Of a stretch of DNA of 31,404 nucleotides, positions 1 through 8,008 are shown in pieces. How positions within the stretch are numbered: the first letter of the stretch is position 1; each line of letters starts with the position of its first letter. This DNA comes from a virus (taxonomy: Duplodnaviria > Caudoviricetes). The DNA lies in IMG/VR virus record IMGVR_UViG_3300025528_000275, positions 1 to 31,404 of that record. The stretch is one strand, 5' to 3'. The notes under the pieces are model-generated. The model was given only the letters and a program-made list of their open reading frames with translations. It had not been told where the DNA came from and made no database searches. A program made the translations under genes and the position numbers.

Positions 1-353
1 CCGCCGGCGTCGTCAAACCCGCCGTCGCCGCTGTCGCCGAGGGTGTCAGGGTCGGGCATGATCGGCTCCCATCCTGCGGGCAGGCCGCCGCCGCTGTCCC
101 ACACCTCGCCGCGCACGAACACACCCTGCCGGTGCAGCACGAGCCCGGCGGGCGCCCGGCCGTGCACGATCGCGTTGGTGACGAGCTCAGAGACGACCAA
201 CAGCAGGTCGTCCCGCGCCTCCCCCGTGATCCCCCATTTGTCCAGCACCGCGGCCGCGAAGTCACGCGCCGCGGCCGGCTGCCCCCGATCGCCGCTGGTG
301 ATGTCCAGGGTCGCCGTGTCCGATCCGGCGCCCCGCTGCTGTCCTGTGGTCAT
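1..353 (-). CDS. RsbW-like HATPase_c ATP-binding protein (anti-sigma-factor type), truncated at window edge
   Basis: Manual translation from ATG 353: MTTGQQRG...ARDFAAAVLDKWGI...DLLLVVSELVTNAIVHG...GEVWDSGGG; N-box ELVTNA and DxGxG box; GAGG RBS upstream. Not in ORF track because it has no stop in the window. Confidence 0.85.
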   Translation of the reverse strand, partial: MTTGQQRGAGSDTATLDITSGDRGQPAAARDFAAAVLDKWGITGEARDDLLLVVSELVTNAIVHGRAPAGLVLHRQGVFVRGEVWDSGGGLPAGWEPIMPDPDTLGDSGDGGFDDAG

Positions 354-453
354 AGGTGCCTCGGGGATGGAAAGGCCGCGGCAGCGAGGCAAGGACATCA
401 CGGAAGGGAAACGCGATGAGAAGCGGCAAGCGACGCTGCCGCGGCCGGCCTAG

Positions 454-837
454 TTACGCCCTGACGGGGAACAGTCTCAAGATCTCGTCCACGATCTGCT
501 CAGGGTCGGCGTTGAGCGGACGAGCGATCGGAAGCCCACCTGGCGGGCGCCAGGTGATCTTCTCGGCTACCCAGATTTCCGGCGCGATATAAGCCTGTTT
601 CGGGTCGGTCCGCATTTTGGGGGTGATCGCCGCCACCTCGGGCGGGATGTTCGGGCTCAGGCTCTCATTCGGGCTCAAAATCCGCATATCGGCGTACAGC
701 CCGCGCCGAACCAGCGCCTTGTACAGGGCGAACGCCGCGGTGGCCTGCGGTGACAATTCCCGCGGCGGTAAATGGGGTGGTGGACACCCCTGCGCCGGGG
801 ACACGTATCCCGGGTGGTGGTGGTGTGCTTGCCGCAT
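454..837 (-). CDS. Hypothetical protein (start uncertain)
   Basis: ORF 454..858; ATG at 837; C-terminal part has globular composition (ALYKALVRRGLYAD...PEQIVDEILRLF); same strand as both neighbours. Confidence 0.55.
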   Translation of the reverse strand: MRQAHHHHPGYVSPAQGCPPPHLPPRELSPQATAAFALYKALVRRGLYADMRILSPNESLSPNIPPEVAAITPKMRTDPKQAYIAPEIWVAEKITWRPPGGLPIARPLNADPEQIVDEILRLFPVRA

Positions 838-867
838 GTGCGTCACCGTAGCAAGCACACCACCACC
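816..867. repeat. 17-bp perfect inverted repeat (GGTGGTGGTGTGCTTGC / GCAAGCACACCACCACC), 18-nt loop
   Basis: Arms 816-832 and 851-867 pair perfectly; extendable to 810-870 with a 3-nt bulge. Confidence 0.85.
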
Positions 868-947
868 CGGTCATTGGCAGTTTCGGCCGCGGCCCGCCCC
901 AGGTGACAATGAGCGTAATCACCCAAGGTGACAGGGCGGGGTGATTT

Positions 948-2138
948 CTAGTTGAGGCTCGCCCTCCCCGCGTTCAGCCGCTCCGAAAGCCACCGCATCG
1001 GCGGGGTGTAGGTGCGGCGCGTGGCGGTGATCCGGGCGAGCGCGTCGTGCGCCCACTGCTGGTTCTCCAGCCATTCGCCGGCCTCCTCGGCGATGGTCCA
1101 CATCCGCGCGGCGGCCTCCTCGGCGCGGCCGAGCATCGCCAGGGCGTGCACCATGTCCAGGTCGTGGCGGCGCCGGGACGCGGCCCGCGGGTACAGCAGG
1201 TCGTTCCGCGGGATCGTCCGCGCGATGGACAGCGCCGTGTCCGGCTTGTCCTGGAGCACCGCGGTCTCGGCGCGGATCATCGCCACCGTCCACGGCCCGT
1301 AAGTGCGTGTCGTGGCCGGGTCCGGGGGGATCTCCCTGCCGAGGTAGGTGGCGACGGCGTTAGCGAGGTTGAGCGCGTCCTCCGCCTCACCGGGCCGGTT
1401 GTCCCGCAGGGCGGATTCGCTGACCCGCAGCAGCAGCCGGCCCCACACCGCAAGTTCGCGCACCCCGGCGCGGGACAGGCGCGGCTCGATGTCGTCGGCC
1501 CACCTGACGGCGAGCGTGCTCGCCTCGTTCAGCTTGCCCTGCCGCAGGTAGGACCAGATCAGCGTATCGACGGCGTTGGCCGCGTCCTGCGGGTTCACCG
1601 CCGAGTCGATCGCGACCTGTAGGGCGGCCTCCCCCAGGTCGAACCGGCGGGTTTGGATCAGCGCGTAGCCGGCGATGCCGTACACGCGGGAGCGGAGTTC
1701 GCGGGCGGCACCGTTGAGCTGGTCGACGTCCCGGATCAGCCCGGGGAGGATGCGCGCCATCTCCGCGTACCGGTTGTCCGCAAGCAGCGGTTTGAGCGAG
1801 TCATGTACGGCCGCGACGCTGTCGAGCGTGGGCGGCTCGTCCGGCTCGTCGTAGGTGCCGGCCAGGGCGTGGGCCGTCGCCTCCCACACCTCGGGGCGGA
1901 CGGTCCACGTGGGCTCGCCGGAGCGGCCGGCGCCGATCAGCTTGGTGGTGTGGATCCTCAGGGCCTCCGCTATCTTCCGGACGGTTTCCATGCGGGGGTT
2001 CAACTGGCCCTGCTCGATCTTGCGGATCGTGCTGACCGACACGTTTGCCCGCTGGGCGAGTTCTTCTTGCGTGAAACCTCTGGTTTTGCGCCAGTGAGCC
2101 AGGTTCGCGGCCAGGTCGGCGACTACCTTTTCGACCAC
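948..2138 (-). CDS. XRE-family HTH transcriptional regulator with helical (TPR-like) C-terminal domain
   Basis: N-terminal LAHWRKTRGFTQEELAQRANVSVSTIRKIEQG is a classic HTH_XRE; ~400-aa actinomycete XRE architecture; GGGAGG RBS before GTG 2138. Confidence 0.92.
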   Translation of the reverse strand: MVEKVVADLAANLAHWRKTRGFTQEELAQRANVSVSTIRKIEQGQLNPRMETVRKIAEALRIHTTKLIGAGRSGEPTWTVRPEVWEATAHALAGTYDEPDEPPTLDSVAAVHDSLKPLLADNRYAEMARILPGLIRDVDQLNGAARELRSRVYGIAGYALIQTRRFDLGEAALQVAIDSAVNPQDAANAVDTLIWSYLRQGKLNEASTLAVRWADDIEPRLSRAGVRELAVWGRLLLRVSESALRDNRPGEAEDALNLANAVATYLGREIPPDPATTRTYGPWTVAMIRAETAVLQDKPDTALSIARTIPRNDLLYPRAASRRRHDLDMVHALAMLGRAEEAAARMWTIAEEAGEWLENQQWAHDALARITATRRTYTPPMRWLSERLNAGRASLN

Positions 2139-2177
2139 CTTTCGCCTCCCGGGGGTTTTCTACTGCGGGGGTCGGTT

Positions 2178-2234
2178 TCTATGGGGAGCGTACCCACGGG
2201 GTGTCAAGGCCACGCGAGGCTTTTTCACGCGAGG
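2178..2234 (-). promoter_or_regulatory. Candidate promoter/operator in the divergent XRE-RHH intergenic region
   Basis: TTGACA on minus strand at 2202-2207 with only a weak -10; CACGCGAGG direct repeat at 2211-2219 and 2226-2234. Confidence 0.35.
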
Positions 2235-2306
2235 GTTTGTTACGTTCAGGACACGCCGGGGCGGCGGGAGTGGATCGGGTAATACGTGTTACCTATCATG
2301 TGCGTC

Positions 2307-2597
2307 ATGAGCGTACGCCGTCGCCGCCCAGGACGCGGCCACACCCAGGCCAAACGACCGGGGCCGCCCAAGCTGTGGGGTGAGCCTACGGTCCAGGTGT
2401 CCTGCAAATGGCCGGAAGGGCTCAAGGACCACCTGGAGAACCTCGCCTATTCGGACGGCAGGTCGGTGAGCGCGCTCACCGTACTCGCCGTGGCCCAGAC
2501 GTACGGTTACCCGTTGCCCCGCAACCCGTACGAGGACACTGACGACACCACCGCAGAGCAGCTCACCTTGAAGGTTGAGGAGGGTGCCGCCGCGTAA
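2307..2597 (+). CDS. Ribbon-helix-helix (CopG/Arc-like) DNA-binding protein
   Basis: VQVSCKWPEGLKDHLENLAYSDGRSVSALTVLAVAQ fits the RHH strand-helix-helix pattern; directly upstream of rep. Start could be 2286, 2298 or 2307. Confidence 0.7.
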   Translation: MSVRRRRPGRGHTQAKRPGPPKLWGEPTVQVSCKWPEGLKDHLENLAYSDGRSVSALTVLAVAQTYGYPLPRNPYEDTDDTTAEQLTLKVEEGAAA

Positions 2598-2809
2598 CCC
2601 GAACGTGCCGCCGCCCCCGCACCGGGCGGCAAAACCCCTAGAAATGCCTAGGGTCCCCGCGCTGGATTGAGTTGGCAAGCACACCCTGCGCGAGGACCCT
2701 GTAGGAGCCCGGCCCGGCGCCGCTGTTGCGTTTGCCCCGCTGGCGGTGCCGGACCGGCCTGAGCCATACGGGAGCCATCATACGTCACCGGTCCCCGGCG
2801 GGACCAGTC

Positions 2810-3838
2810 ATGCCCTATAAGCCCGGTTTTTCGGGCTTGCCCTCGTTCGGGTCCCGCCGCATTCAAGTCCTTTCCGCCGTCCCCGAGGGTGCGCGCCGCG
2901 CACCGGGACAGGCCGCATGGGTCCGCGCCGTGCAGGCCCACCCCGCCACCGCGGCCCTGCGCGCCGACGCGCACGACCACCTCATGGCCGTCGTGTGGGT
3001 GCTCGCCCGGCACGCGTGCTGGACCCACCTGACCACGCGGCCGACGTGGGCGCGAGTTTGCGCCCTCACCGGCCTGTCCCGCGCCACCGTCGCCCGCTGG
3101 ATCGCGTGGCTACGCCGCGCCGGCCTGCTCGGCGTCGTGGAGCCCGGGTCGACCCCCCGCTTCCGCGGCCGTCTCGACACGGACGGGGGGAACCGCGCCG
3201 CCGAATACGTCCTCACCATCCCCGCCGTGGCGGACGCGGGTGGGCGTGTGGGCGGATCTGAGACCCCAACCCCGGAACCCCCCAAGGAGGGTTCCAATCG
3301 CCCCGCACGCGCGCGTACGCGGCGCGAACCCCCGCCCACCGCTCGGAACGGGCAGGGCACGTGGTGGCCGATGCACGTAACGCCGGGCAGCAAGAGGGAG
3401 GCCCTACAGGCCGCGGGGGCGCTGCGGGGGGTGTCGCTCGAGCTTCGCCGTCTGTCGGCGCGGCACGTCCGCTCGCTGGTGCGGCCGCTTTTCGCCGCCG
3501 GGTGGACCCCGGCCGACGTGCTCTACGCCATCGACCACCGCCCCGACGGCACGCCGTGGCCCTACGCGGGCACGGCGCGGCACGTCCCCGGGTGGGTGCG
3601 GTTCCGGCTCGCGCCGTGGTGGGTGGGGGATCGGCCCGCCCTGTCGCGGTCGCAGATGCTCGCGGCCGCGGCCGAGCGGGTGCGTGCGGAGCAGCGGGAG
3701 CGTGCCGCCGAGCGTGCTCGTCTCGAGGCGCGGCGCGCGGCCGATCCCGCGCGGCACGCGGCCGCGGCGCGGGCGTTGCTCGCGGCCGCCTCACGGTCTG
3801 CGGCCCGGGTGATCGCCGCGCGGCGGGGGGCGGCGTGA
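2810..3838 (+). CDS. HTH replication initiation protein resembling actinobacterial plasmid Rep (pMSC262/pLR7-like)
   Basis: TTRPTWARVCALTGLSRATVARWIAWLRRAGLLGVVEPGST...GNRAAEYVL (wHTH) and LSARHVRSLVRPLFAAGWTPADVLYAIDHRPDG...GWVRFRLAPW; start ATG 2810 preferred over TTG 2726. Confidence 0.75.
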   Translation: MPYKPGFSGLPSFGSRRIQVLSAVPEGARRAPGQAAWVRAVQAHPATAALRADAHDHLMAVVWVLARHACWTHLTTRPTWARVCALTGLSRATVARWIAWLRRAGLLGVVEPGSTPRFRGRLDTDGGNRAAEYVLTIPAVADAGGRVGGSETPTPEPPKEGSNRPARARTRREPPPTARNGQGTWWPMHVTPGSKREALQAAGALRGVSLELRRLSARHVRSLVRPLFAAGWTPADVLYAIDHRPDGTPWPYAGTARHVPGWVRFRLAPWWVGDRPALSRSQMLAAAAERVRAEQRERAAERARLEARRAADPARHAAAARALLAAASRSAARVIAARRGAA

Positions 3839-3843
3839 CGGGC

Positions 3844-4041
3844 TCAGCCTCGGCGGCGCGTGCGAGGCGGCCGGGCGGGGCCGGCGGCCGTGTCGTCCGC
3901 GGTGTACAGGTAGCGGAAGAACCGGTCGCCGCCGCCGCGGGGAGGCCGGTCGCCCGAGTCGCTGACGATGTCGAACAGGGTGGCCAGACGCTCCACCGCG
4001 GCCGCGTTCTCTTCGCGGGTGCCGTACAACCTGATCTGCAC
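3844..4041 (-). CDS. Small hypothetical protein (65 aa)
   Basis: GGGAGGG RBS before GTG 4041; MQIRLYGTREENAAAVERLATLFDIV has a strand-helix-strand pattern like small proteins of actinomycete mobile elements. Confidence 0.7.
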   Translation of the reverse strand: MQIRLYGTREENAAAVERLATLFDIVSDSGDRPPRGGGDRFFRYLYTADDTAAGPARPPRTRRRG

Positions 4042-4190
4042 CGATGCCCTCCCGTGGGGTGTCCGCCTGGTGTGTGGGCAGGGTATCGGCGGCTGGGCCG
4101 GGGTGTGTCGCCGGTTGATCCGGCCTGCCCGAAACCACGTATTTCGGTTCGGGTAGCGTCCTGTTTACGGGCATCAGGAATGGCGGTGGC

Positions 4191-4865
4191 GTGGTGGAGC
4201 CGATCGATGCTCTCCGGGTGCTGACCAGGCTGTACGCGACCGGGGTGGACCGTGAGGTGTGGGAGAGCGACGGCGTTGTCATGCCCATGCATGAGCTGCT
4301 GGACGCCCTGTTTGCCGACCATGACCCGCCCGCGATAGCGGTCCGGGCGGCGCTCGCTCTGCGGCCGATCCTGGACCTTGAGGCGATCCGCGCCGACACC
4401 GCGATCGTGTTCCTGGCGCGGCAGGCCGGTATCCCGTGGGGGCGGGTCGGCGCGACGGTGGGTGTGTCCAAGCAGGCCGCGCAGCAGTCATACGTCAGGC
4501 GGTCGGCGATCCGGCAAGAGGTGGTGCCGCCGCCGGACGCGCCGGACCGTGCGTGGCTGTGCGAGAGGAGCCGGTGGGAGCACCTGCGGAACGCGGTGTG
4601 GGTGATCCTGTGGCACACGCGGGACCTGCGCACCCTGTCCGCCGAGGTGGCCAAGGCGGTGTACTGGCTGCGTCTGGCCGACCTGAACGGTGACGAGCAA
4701 CAGGTGCTGGACCGTGCCCGGGACCTGGTGGCGGCTGTGCGCGCCTACGAGGAGCGGGCCGGCCGCCCGCTCGATGATGTGCTGTCGCCGACGTCGCTCA
4801 ACGGGATCAGGCGGCTGATGCGCCTGGTGGAGTCGGCTGATCGCGCCCGTGGGCAGGGGGGTTGA
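4191..4865 (+). CDS. HTH-containing hypothetical protein
   Basis: ARQAGIPWGRVGATVGVSKQAAQQSY matches the common actinobacterial HTH motif ARxxGxSWxxIGxxLGVSKQAAQQRY. Confidence 0.75.
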   Translation: MVEPIDALRVLTRLYATGVDREVWESDGVVMPMHELLDALFADHDPPAIAVRAALALRPILDLEAIRADTAIVFLARQAGIPWGRVGATVGVSKQAAQQSYVRRSAIRQEVVPPPDAPDRAWLCERSRWEHLRNAVWVILWHTRDLRTLSAEVAKAVYWLRLADLNGDEQQVLDRARDLVAAVRAYEERAGRPLDDVLSPTSLNGIRRLMRLVESADRARGQGG

Positions 4866-4931
4866 GCGTGGCGAGACGTTAGCCGCGCGGCGTGCTGTAG
4901 TGCCCTGGCCTGATCAGCCGACTCGCCAGGG

Positions 4932-4950
4932 TGAAACAGCGATGTATACT
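4932..4950 (+). promoter_or_regulatory. Conserved operator/promoter box, copy 1 (TGAAACAGCGATGTATACT)
   Basis: 18/19 identical to 7955-7973; ends in TATACT (-10-like); intergenic, upstream of ATG 5006. Confidence 0.7.
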
Positions 4951-5005
4951 TATTGGCGTAAGTGTTGGTGTGTGCGGACCCACACCATCCACGCCTGGAG
5001 ACACC

Positions 5006-5206
5006 ATGCCCATCGATCTGACCGTGCCTCTCGACGACGACACCGCCACGGCCGTCTACGCCTACGTGCTCACCACCCCGCACGGCTCGTGCGCCGGGTG
5101 GACACACGACTGCCGTGACCCCCGGATCGTGTGCGCCTGCGGCGCCACCATCCCCATGTCCGGCACCCTGCCCGTGCCCGGCACCTTGCCCTTCGTCATC
5201 CTCTGA
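5006..5206 (+). CDS. Small Cys/His-containing hypothetical protein (66 aa)
   Basis: GGAG RBS 4997-5000, ATG 5006; HGSC...HDC...CACG. Confidence 0.65.
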   Translation: MPIDLTVPLDDDTATAVYAYVLTTPHGSCAGWTHDCRDPRIVCACGATIPMSGTLPVPGTLPFVIL

Positions 5207-5214
5207 GAGGCCTC

Positions 5215-5754
5215 ATGAACATCGCCGCTATCGCGGCGCGCGCCGCGCACCTTGACCGCGTCTACGAATTCGCCCGAATCATCGTCGACGCCGGATACCT
5301 CGATGCCCCGCCCTGGAAGCGCCGCCTGATCATGGAGGAAGCGTGCGTGAGGGTGGGCGTTTGCCGGCGGACCGCCGAGCGGTACCGCTCCTACCTCACC
5401 CGGCACGGCTTCCAGGTGGACGTTCCCAGTGTCCCGCTCACCGTGCCGCTGCGGCCGCTCGTCCTGCACCGGGCGACCCGCACGGTGGCGGAGTACGCCG
5501 AGCGTGATGATCGCGTCCGTTCCCCCGTCTGCGTCACCGTCCGCAGGCACACCACGCCCACCGGGAAACCCGACGTCGCGTACACCGCGGTGGTGTCCCT
5601 GCCGAGCGTGAACTGCCGGGACCTGGTGTTCACCCGCCACTACCGTCCGCGGGACTGGGCGTGGCCTCCCCGCCCAAAGGCGCTCGCCCGGCACGTCAAC
5701 GCCGCGGTGAAAACCCACCTGGCGAAGGATCACGATGGCACCCCGTGCGCCTGA
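5215..5754 (+). CDS. Hypothetical protein, possible N-terminal HTH
   Basis: GAGG RBS, ATG 5215; EEACVRVGVCRRTAERYRSYL is HTH-like; high GC3. Confidence 0.65.
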   Translation: MNIAAIAARAAHLDRVYEFARIIVDAGYLDAPPWKRRLIMEEACVRVGVCRRTAERYRSYLTRHGFQVDVPSVPLTVPLRPLVLHRATRTVAEYAERDDRVRSPVCVTVRRHTTPTGKPDVAYTAVVSLPSVNCRDLVFTRHYRPRDWAWPPRPKALARHVNAAVKTHLAKDHDGTPCA

Positions 5755-6208
5755 GGCCGAGGAGCTCGCCCGCGAGGAGCGCGCGGGTGAGCTCCTCACC
5801 CTCGCCGCCCGCCTCGCCTGCACCGTCCGCGACGACGGCGCGGACGCCGCGGCCGCGCTCCTGGCAGGGCTTGACCGGCGCGCCCTGGTCGAACTCGCGG
5901 TCGTCATGGCCGCCCTGATCCCGGACGACCGCACATTCCCCGAACTGCTTGCCTGGCTCGGAACCGGTTGGGTGCCGGACGCCGGCACGCTCCCCGCGCA
6001 ACTGCTGCCGTTCGCCACCGGCAAGTACCGGCGCACAGCGGTCTACCTCCGCAGGTGCGGCACCTGGGCCGCCTACAAGCGGCACCGCCGCGCCGGGGAA
6101 CCGGTCGACGAGGAATGCGCCCGCGCCGCGGCCGCGTACGCCCGCGCCCAGTACGCCCGCCGCCAAGCCAGGAAACTCGCCCAAACCTCCCCGGAGGAGA
6201 ACCCGTGA
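5735..6208 (+). CDS. Hypothetical phage protein with C-terminal CGTxAAYxRHxRxGE motif
   Basis: AAGGA RBS; RRCGTWAAYKRHRRAGEPVDEECARA resembles a motif recurrent in actinophage proteins; stop overlaps next start (GTGA). Confidence 0.75.
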   Translation: MAPRAPEAEELAREERAGELLTLAARLACTVRDDGADAAAALLAGLDRRALVELAVVMAALIPDDRTFPELLAWLGTGWVPDAGTLPAQLLPFATGKYRRTAVYLRRCGTWAAYKRHRRAGEPVDEECARAAAAYARAQYARRQARKLAQTSPEENP

Positions 6209-6906
6209 CCGGCAACAGCCCGTACGCCACCGCCGACCCCGGATACCGGCACCTGATCCCCAATCCCCCGTTCGCCCTGCCCGGCCCGGGCGACCTGTAC
6301 CTGACCTGGTGCGGCCGCGCGGCGGTCGCACCCGACACCCCCCGGACGGCCACCCCCGGCCAGGCCGACGCCGAGGGGGTGTGCCCGGAGTGCGCGGCCG
6401 CGTTCCGCTCCGGGACCATGCCCCGCACCGGCGTCGGCGCGGCCTGCGAGTACTGCACCGCCCCGGCCGAGCACGGCGGGATCTGCATGACCTGCCGGGT
6501 CGAGCTGCACAACCAGTGGCGGCAAAACCCGCTCTCCCACCCCGCCCTGCCGGGCGTGCTCGACCTGCTGCGGTCGCGCAGCGCCAAAGGGGTGCGCACC
6601 TACGGGCGGCCGCTGGCCACGCACAACGGCCGTGACGCGCTCGAAGACCTGCGGGAGGAGCTCGCCGACGCCCTCATGTACGTCGAGCAGCTCTACCGCG
6701 AGCGGGCCGACCTTGAATGCCGGGACGCGCCGCCGTGCGGCGACTGCAAGAAGCGCGGCGCGGTGGAGATCGTGACCCTCCTGCCGAAGACGAGCGAGTA
6801 CGTGCGCAGCGACACGCTGCTGTGCCGCACCTGCTCCGACCGGTACACCCCGGGCGAGGGCCACGAGGTGCGCCGGTTCCGGATCGGCCGCGAGGTGATC
6901 AGGTAA
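6205..6906 (+). CDS. Zn-finger protein with central all-alpha NTP-pyrophosphatase (MazG-like) segment
   Basis: GGAGGAG RBS, GTG 6205; RSAKGVRTYGRPLATHNGRDALEDLREELADALMY has EExxD; five CxxC pairs (CPEC, CEYC, CMTC, CGDC, CRTC). Confidence 0.7.
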   Translation: MTGNSPYATADPGYRHLIPNPPFALPGPGDLYLTWCGRAAVAPDTPRTATPGQADAEGVCPECAAAFRSGTMPRTGVGAACEYCTAPAEHGGICMTCRVELHNQWRQNPLSHPALPGVLDLLRSRSAKGVRTYGRPLATHNGRDALEDLREELADALMYVEQLYRERADLECRDAPPCGDCKKRGAVEIVTLLPKTSEYVRSDTLLCRTCSDRYTPGEGHEVRRFRIGREVIR

Positions 6907-6989
6907 CCCCTCCCCCCTCCCGTAGGTGCGCCAGGCGGCGGGTCATGCCGCCTGGCGCACCCGGTACACGACTCTGGAAGGAGCAGCAC

Positions 6990-7928
6990 GTGAGCACGAC
7001 CACGGCGGCGGACACGCCGCTGCACACCCTCACCATCCCCGGCACGCCCGGCGGGGGCGCATGGTGCGACGCGGTCGAGGTGGCCGGGCGGGCATCGCTC
7101 GCCGCCGGAACCATCGGCCGGTTCACCGCGCGCCGCCCACCCGCCCGCGGCCCGCTGGTGGTCGAGATGACCTTCACCCTCCCCCGCCCCGCGTCCGCGC
7201 CGCGGCGGCGCACCCACCCCGACCGGCGGCCGGCCCTGACCGGTCTTGCGGCCCAGGCCGCGGCCGCGCTCACCAGCGCCGGCCTGTGGGAGCGTGAGGG
7301 CCAGGTGATCGAGCAGCGCACCCGCAAGCTGTACGTGGGTGACCCGGGCGCGCTCGACGAGCCCGGCACGGTCATCCGCGTGTGGGCCGCCGGCGACGCC
7401 CCGGACACCTCGGCGCAGAGTCTTCTCGAGGCGGTACGGCGGCGCAGCGCACCCGCCCGCCCGGCCACCGCCCGGCGGGCGCGGAGTCCGCGCCGGCCGC
7501 GTGCCGTGCCGCTCGGCGGGCCGCCCGCCCACACCAAGGCGATCAAGAACGAGTCCGGGGAGGTGGAGGGGTGGGAGATCCTGTTGCCGCCGCTCCGCCT
7601 GATCAACGCCAACCAGCAGCGTGGTCACTCGATCAGGTTCGCCGGGCCGGGCAGGGCGATCCGGGAGGCCGCCGCGCTGCTCGCGCGGAAGATCCCGCCG
7701 ATGAGCCGCGCCCAGGTGTTCGGTGTGTACTTCCCGCCGGATCGGCGGCGCCGTGACCCGTCCAACTGGGCGCCGTCGTTCAAGGCCGCCCTTGACGGGG
7801 TGGTTGTCGCGGGGGTGCTCCCCGACGACGACCACCGGCACGTGGTCGGGCCGGACGCCCGGCTTGGGGACACCCTGATGCCCGGCGGTAGGATCGCGCT
7901 CCGGCTCTACCCCCTGCCGGCCGAGTAG
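6990..7928 (+). CDS. Tandem RusA-like endonuclease (degenerate N-terminal copy plus apparently intact C-terminal copy)
   Basis: AAGGAG RBS, GTG 6990; domain 1 GPLVVEMTFTLPRP...AGLWEREGQVIEQRTRKLY; domain 2 RRRDPSNWAPSFKAALDG...GVLPDDD. Confidence 0.8.
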   Translation: MSTTTAADTPLHTLTIPGTPGGGAWCDAVEVAGRASLAAGTIGRFTARRPPARGPLVVEMTFTLPRPASAPRRRTHPDRRPALTGLAAQAAAALTSAGLWEREGQVIEQRTRKLYVGDPGALDEPGTVIRVWAAGDAPDTSAQSLLEAVRRRSAPARPATARRARSPRRPRAVPLGGPPAHTKAIKNESGEVEGWEILLPPLRLINANQQRGHSIRFAGPGRAIREAAALLARKIPPMSRAQVFGVYFPPDRRRRDPSNWAPSFKAALDGVVVAGVLPDDDHRHVVGPDARLGDTLMPGGRIALRLYPLPAE

Positions 7929-7954
7929 GCCGGCGCGCCCAGCCTCCCCCACAC

Positions 7955-7973
7955 TGATACAGCGATGTATACT
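7955..7973 (+). promoter_or_regulatory. Conserved operator/promoter box, copy 2 (TGATACAGCGATGTATACT)
   Basis: Palindromic core ATACA-GCGA-TGTAT; upstream of GGGAGG RBS and ATG 8009. Confidence 0.7.
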
Positions 7974-8008
7974 GATCGTTGTTAATCGTGTGTGAGGGAG
8001 GCTGAACC

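Noticed and set aside
814-825. HHHH as a metal-binding tract in the 454-858 ORF
   Set aside because: It is the translation of one arm of the inverted repeat; the start codon is uncertain.
2610-2634. GCCGCCC/GGGCGGC hairpin as an intrinsic terminator
   Set aside because: Followed by AAAA on plus and preceded by TTTT on minus, so no U-tract after the stem on either strand.
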